Part shown: piece by piece, positions 7,828 to 17,323 of the stretch | Numbering within the stretch: the first letter of the stretch is position 1 | Layout: each line of letters opens with the position of its first letter | Source of the DNA: an uncultured Armatimonadia bacterium | GTDB taxonomy: Bacteria; Armatimonadota; Zipacnadia; CAZGSV01 | NCBI GenBank assembly: GCA_964528605.1 | Contig: CAZGSV010000002.1 | Span: 14,563 to 78,562 of the forward strand | DNA: 64,000 bases | Direction of reading: 5' to 3' | Made by a program: the position numbers and the translations under genes | Notes under the pieces: model-generated | Told to the model about the DNA's origin: nothing | What the model saw: only the letters and a program-made list of their open reading frames with translations | Database searches by the model: none

Positions 7828-9507
7828 ATGCTCTGGTCGCCGCTGAGGGAACTGAGGGAGGACTACGCCCGCCTGCGGCAGATAGGGCGGGTCCTGCTCA
7901 AGTACCGCTGGCACTACCTGCTGGCGCGCTTGGGGCTCGACCGGCTCGTGCCTCACCGCCGCCCCCGCGAGGCGCCCCGGGTTCCGACCCCGGAGGACTT
8001 GAGGCGGCTGCTGCAGGAACTCGGGCCCACCTTCATCAAGTTGGGGCAACTGCTCAGCACGCGGCCGGACCTGCTGCGCGCCGACTACATCCGCGCTCTG
8101 GAGCAGTTGCAGGACACGGCCCCCCCCATGCCCTTCGACATCGTGCGCAGGGCAATCGAGAAGGAACTGGAGTGCCCGCTGGAGGAGGCCTTTGCGGAAT
8201 TCGAACCCGAGCCGCTGGCGGCCGCCTCGATTGCACAGGTGCATCGGGCTCGCCTGCAGAGCGGCGCGCTGGTTGCGGTGAAGGTGCAGCGTCCCGACGC
8301 GGAGCAGTTGGTGCTGACGGACTTGCGCATTCTGGGTGTGCTGGTGCGCACCGCCGAGCGCGTCGCCGAGATCGCGCGCGTCATCAACATCCGCCAGATC
8401 GTGGAGGAGTTCTCCAACGCGCTGCGCAGCGAACTCGACTACTTCCAAGAGGCGCGCAACATGGAGGAGTTGCGCCGCATACTCCCCGAAGACCGGTTCG
8501 AGATTCCGCGCGTGCATTGGCCGCAGACCACCAGCCGCGTGCTCACCATGAGCCTGGTGCGCGGCGTCAAGATCAACCACTTCGAGGCCCTGCGCGCGCA
8601 GGGCCTTGACCCGCGGGAACTGGCGCGCAGCCTCTTCGCCGGCGCTCTGCGCCAGGTTTGCGTGGGCGGCCTCTTCCATGCCGACTTGCACCCCGGCAAT
8701 GTCTGGGTCACACCGGAGGGCCGCATCGCACTGCTGGACTTCGGTATGGTCGGGCGCCTGGACCAGGAACTGCGCCAGAACCTGGTGGTATTGCTGCTGT
8801 CAGTGATTGACGGCGACCCGGTCACGTACGTTGACGCCATCGCGGACATTACTTCCTTCCCGCCTGACTTCGCGCGCGAACCGCTAGAGCGCGAGATCGG
8901 CAAGATGATGAGCCGCTACCGCGAACTCTCGCCCAAGCAACTGCGCATCGGCGAGGGCATTCGCCAGGCGTTCCGGCTGCTGCAGCGCTACCAGGTCCGT
9001 CCTCCCGCGGAGATCGCCATGATGGGCAAACTGTTCATCAACCTTGAGGGCGTGTGCATGCAACTGGACCCGGACATGGACTTTCTGGGCGTGGCGCGGC
9101 CGGTGCTCTACCAGGCGGTTTTCTCGCGCTTCGATCCTCGGGAGTCGCGCGCCGCCTCGCTGCGTTTCCTGCAGCAGTCGCGCGACCTGGCCGCCACCAG
9201 CCCAGGCCTGTTGCTGCGCAGCCTGCGGCGCTTCGCCTACGGCAGCATCCCGGTGCAATTGGAGCACGGGCGCCTGAACCGCTTCCCCGCGGCTTTTGAG
9301 CAAGGCGCGAATCGTCTGGCGGCCAGCCTGGTCTCCGCCGCCCTGATTATCTCCTCCGCCCTGGTAGCCCTGTCGGGGGCCCAGCCTCGGCTTGCGGGCT
9401 GGCCCGTGGTCTCCGTTGTGGCCGCCGGCCTGGGGCTTTTCCTTGCCGTCCTGGTCGGCATTGACGCCTTCGAGTCCTACCTGCGCGCCCGGCGCGAGCG
9501 GCGGTAG
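7828..9507 (+). CDS. ABC1/UbiB-family atypical protein kinase.
   Basis: It has the ABC1 signature region (LGPTFIKLGQLLSTRPDLL, IAQVHRARL, ALVAVKVQRPD, HADLHPGNVWV) and C-terminal TM helices. Confidence 0.85.
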   Translation: MLWSPLRELREDYARLRQIGRVLLKYRWHYLLARLGLDRLVPHRRPREAPRVPTPEDLRRLLQELGPTFIKLGQLLSTRPDLLRADYIRALEQLQDTAPPMPFDIVRRAIEKELECPLEEAFAEFEPEPLAAASIAQVHRARLQSGALVAVKVQRPDAEQLVLTDLRILGVLVRTAERVAEIARVINIRQIVEEFSNALRSELDYFQEARNMEELRRILPEDRFEIPRVHWPQTTSRVLTMSLVRGVKINHFEALRAQGLDPRELARSLFAGALRQVCVGGLFHADLHPGNVWVTPEGRIALLDFGMVGRLDQELRQNLVVLLLSVIDGDPVTYVDAIADITSFPPDFAREPLEREIGKMMSRYRELSPKQLRIGEGIRQAFRLLQRYQVRPPAEIAMMGKLFINLEGVCMQLDPDMDFLGVARPVLYQAVFSRFDPRESRAASLRFLQQSRDLAATSPGLLLRSLRRFAYGSIPVQLEHGRLNRFPAAFEQGANRLAASLVSAALIISSALVALSGAQPRLAGWPVVSVVAAGLGLFLAVLVGIDAFESYLRARRERR

Positions 9508-9515
9508 CAAGGAAA

Positions 9516-9542
9516 GGGGGCGGGGCAGCCTCTCGCCCCGCC
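9516..9542. terminator. GC-rich hairpin between convergent genes, a possible bidirectional terminator.
   Basis: The hairpin is GGCGGGGC-AGCCTCTC-GCCCCGCC, lying between the stop of 7828..9507 (+) and the stop of 9554..10693 (-). There is no clear U-tract. Confidence 0.3.
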
Positions 9543-9553
9543 GGTGCAAGCCA

Positions 9554-10693
9554 CTAGGAGTAGCAGAGGTAGCGCTGCCGCTGCTCCAGGAACTCAGCCA
9601 GCCCGGCCTGCCACGCGGTCACGATGTCGTATGCAGTCCGGCCGTCCTCAATCCATCGGCGCACCCAGGCGTTCCCGATCAGGTGGCCGAAATGCTCCGC
9701 CTCCCACTGGAACGAGTCGCCCGCCAGGTCCCGCAGCCCCCGCAAGAGGTGAATGCCCGCCGCCACAGGCCTGAAGGCCTGGGGGTCTTCCACCACTAGG
9801 CGGACGCCACCGCAGTGCTCACCCGCCCACTTCGACCGCCTGGGCACGAAGTCAACCGGCTCCCATTTCACGCCCGGAAGCCCTGCTTGCTGAAGGCGTG
9901 CCGCAACGGCGGCGCCCGAAATGAACGGCGCCCCCACCACCTCAAAAGGCGCCTCCGTCCCTCTGCCTTCGGATAGATTCGTGCCCTCGAGCAAACAGGT
10001 TCCCGGATAGACTCGTGCGGTGCTCAGGGTGAGCATCGCCGGGCTAGGCGGGACCCAGGGCAGACCGGTGGCCTCATAGTCCATCGCTCGCCGCCAGCCC
10101 TGCATTCTGACCACGCGCACCTCCGTGTTGAGGCCAAGCCAGTCGCGAGCGAGCAGCGCGAGTTCGCCTATGGTCATTCCGTGGCGCACCGGCACGGGCA
10201 GCGCACCGACGAACGATTCGTGCCCCGCTTCAAGAACCGGCCCCTCCACGACCTCCCCTCCCAGGGGATTGGGCCGGTCGAACACAACGAACGGCAGTCC
10301 GGCCTCGGCGGCGGCCTGCAGGCAATAGCGCATGGTGGTCTCATAGGTGTAGTAGCGGACGCCGATGCTCTGCATGTCGTAGACCAGCAGGTGCGCCCCC
10401 CCCAGCATCTCTGGCGTCGGCTTCAACGCCTCACCGTAGAGGCTGTGGACCGGCACACCCAACTCGGGGTGCACCCCCGAGGGGAACTCCGCGGCCTCCT
10501 TGCCCCAAAAGCCGTGCTCGGGAGCAAGCAGCGCGACCAACTGCACGCCGAGGGATTCGGCCAGCACTTCGGCCAGATGCCGCCCGCGGCACAGCGCGGT
10601 GTGGTTGGCCGCCAGCGCCACTTTCCGGCCGCGGAGGTGGGGGAAATCCGCCCCGGCCTCAAATTCGGCGCCCGCCACCGTCCTGCTTCTCAT
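9554..10693 (-). CDS. DUF1343 family protein (NamZ/YzbB-like exo-beta-N-acetylmuramidase family).
   Basis: It has DUF1343 hallmarks (DMQSIGVRYYTYETT, FVVFDRPNP, GxxxGxEGTNLSEGRGT). Confidence 0.75.
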   Translation of the reverse strand: MRSRTVAGAEFEAGADFPHLRGRKVALAANHTALCRGRHLAEVLAESLGVQLVALLAPEHGFWGKEAAEFPSGVHPELGVPVHSLYGEALKPTPEMLGGAHLLVYDMQSIGVRYYTYETTMRYCLQAAAEAGLPFVVFDRPNPLGGEVVEGPVLEAGHESFVGALPVPVRHGMTIGELALLARDWLGLNTEVRVVRMQGWRRAMDYEATGLPWVPPSPAMLTLSTARVYPGTCLLEGTNLSEGRGTEAPFEVVGAPFISGAAVAARLQQAGLPGVKWEPVDFVPRRSKWAGEHCGGVRLVVEDPQAFRPVAAGIHLLRGLRDLAGDSFQWEAEHFGHLIGNAWVRRWIEDGRTAYDIVTAWQAGLAEFLEQRQRYLCYS

Positions 10694-10831
10694 CGGCTGT
10701 TCCCTGACCTAGGTCTAGGTCTCATTTCCGCCTGCCGCCCCCCTTGTGGGGACGAAAAAACCTGCCCGACTGGTCTGACTCGTCGCCCAAGTACGGCATA
10801 AATAGGCTAGGAATCATACGGAGAGGACCGC

Positions 10832-11329
10832 ATGTCAAGCGAACTAGAACTCAGCAAGGCGCGGAGCCGCGGTTTCACCCTGATCGAGATACTCCTAGTA
10901 GTGGTCATCATCGGCATCTTGGCGGCCCTGGTGCTCACGCGTGTCTTCATCGCCCGCCAGCGCGCTAACGAGACCGCCGTGCGCGGCAACCTGCGCGAGT
11001 TGCGCAGCGCGGTCAGGATGTTCGAGAACGATATGGGCGCCTATCCAGTGAACCTGGCCGACGTTTGCGCCAAGACGGTGGCCGACCAGGGACTCCTGGT
11101 CGCGGGCAACACGATCAAGACCGTTACCTTCACTGAGGAGCAGAAGCTCGACTTCAAAGGCCCCTACTACAACTACCCGACCTGGCAACTGCCCCCTAAC
11201 GCCCTCACCGGCGGCAACGCAGAAGGGACCGATTGGATCTACTTCAAGGAGTCCGCTGCTACCATCGGCACGGTGCAGAACGGGGCCCCCGGCCGCGACT
11301 CCAACGGCCTTCCCTACAGCGAGTGGTAG
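10832..11329 (+). CDS. Prepilin-type N-terminal cleavage/methylation domain protein (type II secretion pseudopilin or type IV pilin-like).
   Basis: The N-terminus RGFTLIEILLVVVIIGILAAL is a class III signal (G^FTLIE). An RBS-like GGAGAGG lies 8 nt upstream of the ATG. Confidence 0.75.
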   Translation: MSSELELSKARSRGFTLIEILLVVVIIGILAALVLTRVFIARQRANETAVRGNLRELRSAVRMFENDMGAYPVNLADVCAKTVADQGLLVAGNTIKTVTFTEEQKLDFKGPYYNYPTWQLPPNALTGGNAEGTDWIYFKESAATIGTVQNGAPGRDSNGLPYSEW

Positions 11330-11357
11330 GCTGCCCCAAGGGCCTCTGACGCCGCCC

Positions 11358-12959
11358 TCAGCGGACAGGCACGGGTAACAGCACGCAGGAGGGATGCTGC
11401 GCATCGTGGTATATGCGCTGCGTGGCAGGGAGAGCGTTGGTCTCGAACCGGGGCGAGTTGCTCGAGGAGATCACCAGGCGGATGCGGTGCCCCGCGTTGA
11501 AGACAATGCTGGTGGACCATAGGTCTATCGTGAGTTCGTAGATCTCTCCTGGCACTACGGGCTCCAACTCCGTGTCGCCCCTGCGGTGGGAGGCGCGCTG
11601 CGCCGCGTCTAGAATGAGCAGCGAGCGGCCGTCCGGATACACATCGCACAGCCGCGCCATGAGGTCGGCGTCCTCCGCAGTGGTGGAGAAGCACGGGCGC
11701 ACGCGAACCCTCCCCGTGACCTCGAGCGGCTCTTTGAGGGGCGCGGTGGTGAGCACCAGCACGTCAGGACGCGACTCGATCGGCCGCTGGTCCATGGGCC
11801 CGGCGGGCAAGTTCAGGTTGTTGCCGCCGATGGTGGGCACGGGATTCGCTGGGTCGTGCCGGTACTCCTCCGGCGCTTCCTCGCTCGCGGGGGGCTCCCA
11901 CGACAGCAGGCCTGCAGCGCGCAGATAAAGGGGCACCTCCCTCGCCGGGGGGGGCCAGGAGGCGGCCGTTCGCCACTCGTTCCCAGGGGCTCCGGGCTCT
12001 CCGCACGCGCCCATCACGTAGTAGTGGACCGCCGGCTGCTCTTCCAGCCCATTCTCCTCGCCCTTAAGCCAGTGGGCGAACCAGTAGTCCTGCCGCGCCA
12101 CCACAGGCATCTCGGCGGCATTCTCGGGGAAGGTGAGTTCGCCGACTTGCCTTTCTCCGACGCCGTGGGGCCAGGGGCCCATCACCAGCCACTGCTTCCC
12201 GCTATGCTGCTGGCGGCGCGCGAAGGCGTCCATCGTGCCCTGGCTGAAGATGTCGAACCAGCCGCCGACGTGCACCGCCGGCGGCACCTTCTTCACCGCC
12301 GGCAGGCGCGCCAGCAAGTCCACCTGCTGCCAGAGCGCGTTGTACAGCCGGTTGCCGCGCATCAGGCGCAGGTTCTCCTCGTCCCAACCCTCCTCCATCA
12401 GCCAGCCATCCACCATGGTCTCGCGGTAAACGCCACCCGGGCGCACGCCGTACTGGTACAGGCTGGGCGCTGCCACAATGAGGTGCTGGCAGACGAGCCC
12501 AGGCGGTTCCGCGCCCGCCAACATGTGTTGCGTCACGCCGAGAGCGGAGGCGCCTGTCGTGCCTATCTTCCCGTTGCACCACGGCTGCTGCAGGATCCAA
12601 ACTGCGGTGTCGTAGCCGTCCTGGCGCTCGCCCCAGCCGCAATCGAAGAAAGCCAGGTCCTTGCCCTCGGAGGCGAAGCGACCGCGCATGTCTTGGGCGA
12701 CCACGGCATATCCACGCTCGGTCCAGGCCTCCGCCTCTTGGCCTGCGCCCTCCTTGCCGTAGGGCGTGCAGGCCAAGATCACCGGCCAGGGCCCCTGCCC
12801 CCGCGGGAGGTAGACATCCGTCGCGAGCCGCACGCCGTCTCGCATCTTCACCATTAGGGTCTCTCTCGCGCTCGCCCGCCTGGCCAGAAGTAGGACCAGT
12901 GCCACAAGGAGCACGATGCCGAGCGCGCCCAGCGCGGCCACGACCTGCAAGCGACTCAT
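11358..12959 (-). CDS. CocE/NonD-family hydrolase (S15 X-Pro dipeptidyl-peptidase-like) with an N-terminal TM anchor.
   Basis: It has the VKMRDGVRLATDVYLP...GYAVVAQDMRGRFASEG...GTTGASALG pattern of the CocE/NonD alpha/beta hydrolase family, and the N-terminus is hydrophobic. Confidence 0.8.
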   Translation of the reverse strand: MSRLQVVAALGALGIVLLVALVLLLARRASARETLMVKMRDGVRLATDVYLPRGQGPWPVILACTPYGKEGAGQEAEAWTERGYAVVAQDMRGRFASEGKDLAFFDCGWGERQDGYDTAVWILQQPWCNGKIGTTGASALGVTQHMLAGAEPPGLVCQHLIVAAPSLYQYGVRPGGVYRETMVDGWLMEEGWDEENLRLMRGNRLYNALWQQVDLLARLPAVKKVPPAVHVGGWFDIFSQGTMDAFARRQQHSGKQWLVMGPWPHGVGERQVGELTFPENAAEMPVVARQDYWFAHWLKGEENGLEEQPAVHYYVMGACGEPGAPGNEWRTAASWPPPAREVPLYLRAAGLLSWEPPASEEAPEEYRHDPANPVPTIGGNNLNLPAGPMDQRPIESRPDVLVLTTAPLKEPLEVTGRVRVRPCFSTTAEDADLMARLCDVYPDGRSLLILDAAQRASHRRGDTELEPVVPGEIYELTIDLWSTSIVFNAGHRIRLVISSSNSPRFETNALPATQRIYHDAQHPSCVLLPVPVR

Positions 12960-13026
12960 TGGTTCCCTCCTCGGCGCGGAGCAAGCGGCGGAGTGGTCGG
13001 CCCCGCGGGCGATGATTGACTCGCCC

Positions 13027-14277
13027 TCAGAGGCCCAGCCTGCGCTCCACGTCCTCTATCGCCATCGGCTGCGGCAAGGGGACGGTCGCGGCCAAGGCGC
13101 TCAGTTCTTTGAGCCCCGAGCCGGACACCAGGAAGACCACTCTGTCCTGGGCGCCGACCACGCCCTCGCGGCGCAGGCGCATCACCGCAGCCAGCGAGGC
13201 TATGCCGGCAGGCTCCGCAAGAATACCTTCACGCTCCGCGGCAAGTGCTTGTGCGCGGTCTATCTCCTCATCGGAGACCGCCAGCGCCGTGCCGCCGGTC
13301 TCCCGAATCGCGCGCAGCGCGGGCACGGCGTCGAGCGGCTCCGGCACCGCTATGGTTATCGCTTTGGTGCCGATCTCCTTGCAGGGGCGCAGCGCCATCC
13401 CGTCCCCGCCTTTGTCGAATTCCCTCACCAGGGGCGCGCATCCGCTCGCCTGCGCTCCCACGAATCCCGGCATCTTGCCGATCCAGCCCAGCGCCAGCCA
13501 TTCCCCGGCGGCACGCCAGAGCGCCGACAGCAATCCCCCCCCGCCGACCGGCGCCACCATCCAGTCGGGAGCGCCGAATCCTAGACTCTCGAAGACCTCG
13601 TAGGCGATGGTCTTGGGCCCCTCCGCCTGATAGGCGTCCGCCACGCCGGCGGTGGTGGTGTGGTACCAGCCGTTGCGGCGGCTGAGCCTTTCCGCCAGTT
13701 CAATGCACTCGTTGATGTCGCCCTCGACCGAGTAGAGGTGCTCAGTGAACATGCGCGTCTGCGCAAACCGCTCGCGGTAGGCGTAGGCGGGCATGAAGAC
13801 GTAGCACGGGACCCCCGCGCGCGCGCAGAAGGCTGCCGTCGCGGGCCCGGCGTTGCCGTCCGAGGCTATGGCCACCGCCGGCGCTCCCACTTGCCTCGCC
13901 CGAGTCACCCCCATAGCCGCCGAGCGATCCTTGAACGTGCCCGTGGGATTAGTGCCCTCGTTCTTGGCGTAGAGTTCGGCGATCCCTAGATGGGCGCCCA
14001 GCCGCTCGCACCGCTGCAGCGGCGTGCCGCCTTCGCCCAGACTCACGAGTTGCTCCGGCGCCTCCACCGGCAGGAACTCCCAGTAGCGGGCCAGCCCGCA
14101 GCCGCGCCCCCTAAGCGCCTCTCGGCTCATTCCCGCCCGCAGCCGGTCCACCAGCAATTCCAGGGCCAGCGCCTTGCCGCACTTATCGCACACGTAGGGC
14201 GCGGCGGCCGCTGCGCGACCGGAGCCGCAGGCCACGCAGACGAACTGGAACCGTTCCGGGGGGGGCAAGGCTGCCAT
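13027..14277 (-). CDS. thrC: Threonine synthase (PLP-dependent) with an N-terminal C4 zinc-ribbon extension.
   Basis: It has the PLP-lysine motif TGTFKDRSAAMGV and a glycine-rich loop VAPVGGGGLLSA. The N-terminus has CVACGSG...CDKCGK. Confidence 0.85.
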   Translation of the reverse strand: MAALPPPERFQFVCVACGSGRAAAAAPYVCDKCGKALALELLVDRLRAGMSREALRGRGCGLARYWEFLPVEAPEQLVSLGEGGTPLQRCERLGAHLGIAELYAKNEGTNPTGTFKDRSAAMGVTRARQVGAPAVAIASDGNAGPATAAFCARAGVPCYVFMPAYAYRERFAQTRMFTEHLYSVEGDINECIELAERLSRRNGWYHTTTAGVADAYQAEGPKTIAYEVFESLGFGAPDWMVAPVGGGGLLSALWRAAGEWLALGWIGKMPGFVGAQASGCAPLVREFDKGGDGMALRPCKEIGTKAITIAVPEPLDAVPALRAIRETGGTALAVSDEEIDRAQALAAEREGILAEPAGIASLAAVMRLRREGVVGAQDRVVFLVSGSGLKELSALAATVPLPQPMAIEDVERRLGL

Positions 14278-14394
14278 TCCATCACCCGCTCCTGCGGGCC
14301 ATTATGCAGCAAGCGACGCGAAAGCGCACCCCGCCCACCCGATGCTCCTTGTTGCGCCTCTCCCGCGACGATATACTCGCACCGTCTTGGTCAA

Positions 14395-15261
14395 ATGCGC
14401 TCATTCAGTCTGAAGCGGGTCGGTATCGGAGTTCTGGTCGGCATCTCGGCCCTCTCACTCTCGTACGGAATCTGGCAAGGCGTCCATGCCTTGCTCGCCA
14501 GGGAGCCGAATCCACACCAGCAGGCCATGGCGGATTGCCGCGCCGTGGATGCTCAGTCCGGCCCCATCCGCACCTACGGCCAGGACAACGTGACCTACTA
14601 CTGCTGGAAAGTGCAGGCCGCCGAGGGAATCATCCCACCCTCCGGCAACGTTCTGGTGCACTTCGACGCGCACGACGACATCTTCCACCAGGCTGTTACT
14701 CCGCCGGTGAAGTTCCCCGAGCCCGGCACCGAGCGCGAGAAGTGGGCGCAGACCGCTGCCAACCTCAACATCGGCAACTGGCTGCTGGGGGCCATGGGCG
14801 ACGGCGTAGTGAAGCAGACCTTCTGGGTGGTGCCGGTGTGGGAATCACCCAGCTTCCAAGGCACCCAGCACACCGGCAAGGCGGCGCGCCGGGCCGCGAG
14901 AGGCAGGAAGCAAGAGCCACCGCTGCGCATCCTGCGTCTGGGGGAACTCTCCACGGCGGGCATTCCGCGCAACGCCCTGCTCCATTTTGACCTAGACTGG
15001 TTCTCCTGCCTAAAGCGAGTTGACGGCACGTCCTTCGTACCCACGAGCGAGATGATCCGCCAGGAGATCGAGCAGGCCGCCGCGGCCTTGGAGAAGATAG
15101 GTCTGAAGCCTCCCAGCATCACGATCGCGAACTCGCCTGACTACTGCCCCCGCGAGCAATGGCAGATGATCCAGCAGGAGTTGCTGGCCGCGCTGCGGCG
15201 TCACGAGGTCATACCGGAATCCGCCCCGTCCGAGTCTCGCGGTCGGAAAGCGCGCCGCTAG
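14395..15261 (+). CDS. Hypothetical membrane-anchored protein.
   Basis: The internal ATG at 14395 (MRSFSLKRVGIGVLVGISALSLSYGIW) gives a signal/anchor. The upstream part of the track ORF is antisense to thrC. The downstream protein is not low-complexity. Confidence 0.5.
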   Translation: MRSFSLKRVGIGVLVGISALSLSYGIWQGVHALLAREPNPHQQAMADCRAVDAQSGPIRTYGQDNVTYYCWKVQAAEGIIPPSGNVLVHFDAHDDIFHQAVTPPVKFPEPGTEREKWAQTAANLNIGNWLLGAMGDGVVKQTFWVVPVWESPSFQGTQHTGKAARRAARGRKQEPPLRILRLGELSTAGIPRNALLHFDLDWFSCLKRVDGTSFVPTSEMIRQEIEQAAAALEKIGLKPPSITIANSPDYCPREQWQMIQQELLAALRRHEVIPESAPSESRGRKARR

Positions 15262-15346
15262 CCTGATGCGGCTGCCCACAAGGTCGCAAGAGCGCATGCT
15301 GGTCATGTGGGGCTGATTGAGCCCAACACTGTGAGGTGACTTCCGA

Positions 15347-16171
15347 ATGTCAGAGAAACTGCGCCTAGGAGTCTTTGTCGGCCTCGGCAAGGAGCCGGAA
15401 GAAGAACTGCGCAAAGTGCGCGACCTCGGCTTGCCCACCTGCCAGGTCGGCTGCTGGAACCCGGACCTCTACACGGAGGAGGCCGCGAAGGACCTGCTGA
15501 AGGCCTGCGAGAAGTTCACCGTCGAGGTGACCGCCATCTGGACCGGCTATCCGGGCCCCGCCGTCTGGAACTTCGTTGACGGCCCCTCCACCATCGGCCT
15601 CGTCCCGCCGGAGTGGCGCGCCGTGCGCGTGCAGGCGCTCAAGAAGGGCGCCGACTTCGCCAAGCGCGTCGGCGTTCCCGACACCATCACCCACGCTGGT
15701 TTCATCCCGGACAACCCGAAGGACCCCCTCTACGAGGGCACCGTGGCCGCGCTCAAAGAGGTCGCGGAGCATTGCCTTTCGCTGGGCCTGCACTTCTGCT
15801 TCGAGACCGGGCAAGAAACGCCGGTTACGCTGCTGCGCGTCTTCGAGGACATCGGCACCGGCAACCTCGGCGTCAATCTCGACCCGGCCAACTTGCTCAT
15901 GTACGGCAAGGCGAACCCCGTTGACGCGCTGGACCTCATCGGCAAGTACGTGCGCGGCGTGCACGCCAAAGACGGCGAGTACCCAACGAACGGACGCGAA
16001 CTGGGCCACGAGCGCCCGCTCGGCGAGGGGCGCGTTAACTTCCCTGTGCTGGTGCCGAAGTTGAAGTCGCTCGGTTATCACGGCGCGCTCACCGTCGAGC
16101 GCGAGATCAGCGGCGAGCAGCAAGTCCACGACATCAAGAAGGCCATCGAGATACTCGGGCCCTTGTGCTAG
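15347..16171 (+). CDS. Sugar phosphate isomerase/epimerase (xylose isomerase-like TIM barrel).
   Basis: It matches the AP endonuclease 2/xylose isomerase-like TIM family (HAGF, LCFETGQE, NLGVNLDPANL, LTVEREI). Confidence 0.85.
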   Translation: MSEKLRLGVFVGLGKEPEEELRKVRDLGLPTCQVGCWNPDLYTEEAAKDLLKACEKFTVEVTAIWTGYPGPAVWNFVDGPSTIGLVPPEWRAVRVQALKKGADFAKRVGVPDTITHAGFIPDNPKDPLYEGTVAALKEVAEHCLSLGLHFCFETGQETPVTLLRVFEDIGTGNLGVNLDPANLLMYGKANPVDALDLIGKYVRGVHAKDGEYPTNGRELGHERPLGEGRVNFPVLVPKLKSLGYHGALTVEREISGEQQVHDIKKAIEILGPLC

Positions 16172-16248
16172 ATACCAGCCCCCTCACGCCGTAGCGGCGA
16201 GCCGCCGGCTCGCCCGTTCTCCCTCGTGGCCTAGGCATCGCCTAGCCC

Positions 16249-17232
16249 CTACCACCGGGGTCCGCTTTGAGGGAAGAACGAGACCAGGAACTTGGGGAGG
16301 GTTCCCTCGTACACGGCCTCGGCCAGGTGCTCGATGCCCTGTTGGTTGCCCCAGGAGTAGTAGATGATCACCTTGCCCTCATATTCGCACAGGTCCACGT
16401 CGGAGTTGTTGAGGTTCACCGCCTGTGCTATGCGCTCCCGCAGCGCGGGGGAGAGCGAGGGATTGGCGATCGCGCGGTCCTCGTCGGAGAACTGCATCAC
16501 CGGATTCAGGGGGCTGCTCTCCCAGGTCACCAGGTCTTTTGACCTGACGATGTGCGGCTCGTAGGTAGGCCCTGGGCGCGCCTCGAGGTAGATCATGTAG
16601 AAGTAGGGATCTAGGAACCGCAGCGCGGGGCAGGCCGTGTAGCGGTCCTTGGAGAAGACGCGGTCCTCCGGCAGCAACCGCCAGTTCAGCAGGTCGTCCG
16701 ATTCGGCAAAGCGCATCGTGAAAGGCTCCCCGACCACCTCGGGCGGCTCGCCCACCTCGAACGCCATGACGTAGCCCTTCAGCCCCTTGCACACGGAGGT
16801 GTTGTAGTTGGCCCAGCCCGGCAAGATCAGAGCCGGCTGGGTGGCCCAGTTCTCCAGGTCGCTGGACCAGAAGACCTGAATCCGCTCGCCGCCCCATTTG
16901 TCCACCGCGAACACATACAGCCTATCGTCCTCGACGTAGGCGCTGCCCAGGTGGTATCCGACGGCGAACGGGGGTGTGGCGTGACCGCTCTCAACCTCAA
17001 TGAAGCGGAAGTAGGAGTCGCCGGTGTTGTTGGCGTGGTAGTTCTCGCGCACGTATTCGAACCGATAGAGGCGACCGCGGTACACCACCGGCGTGGTCTC
17101 GACCATGTCGCAGTCTATCGTGCCCAGTTTACGGATCACCGGCGGGCGAAGAGGCTGCGCGGAATCCCCATTCGCAGCGCACCGACCAATAGCAGCAACC
17201 AACGTCAGAAGCATCATCGTTCTCATCACCAT
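16249..17232 (-). CDS. Secreted hypothetical protein, possibly a beta-propeller glycoside-hydrolase-like fold.
   Basis: It has a signal peptide MRTMMLLTLVAAIGRCAA and shows no antisense conflict. Assigning it to the GH43/GH32 superfamily is inference from sequence composition only. Confidence 0.5.
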   Translation of the reverse strand: MVMRTMMLLTLVAAIGRCAANGDSAQPLRPPVIRKLGTIDCDMVETTPVVYRGRLYRFEYVRENYHANNTGDSYFRFIEVESGHATPPFAVGYHLGSAYVEDDRLYVFAVDKWGGERIQVFWSSDLENWATQPALILPGWANYNTSVCKGLKGYVMAFEVGEPPEVVGEPFTMRFAESDDLLNWRLLPEDRVFSKDRYTACPALRFLDPYFYMIYLEARPGPTYEPHIVRSKDLVTWESSPLNPVMQFSDEDRAIANPSLSPALRERIAQAVNLNNSDVDLCEYEGKVIIYYSWGNQQGIEHLAEAVYEGTLPKFLVSFFPQSGPRW

Positions 17233-17323
17233 TCGTTTCCCGCCCCGTTCCCCGTCGTAGGGGCGTAACGCAATACGCCCCTGCCCTGCTCCGTGAGGGC
17301 GTGCGGCCCCCTACGTGTCGCTC

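Noticed and set aside
13990-14394. N-terminal 135 codons of the track ORF 13990..15261. Similarly 4186..4518 for ORF 4186..5055, and 62825..63272 for ORF 62037..63272.
   Set aside because: They overlap the neighbouring gene in antisense and have low-complexity composition. Internal starts give sensible signal peptides or anchors.
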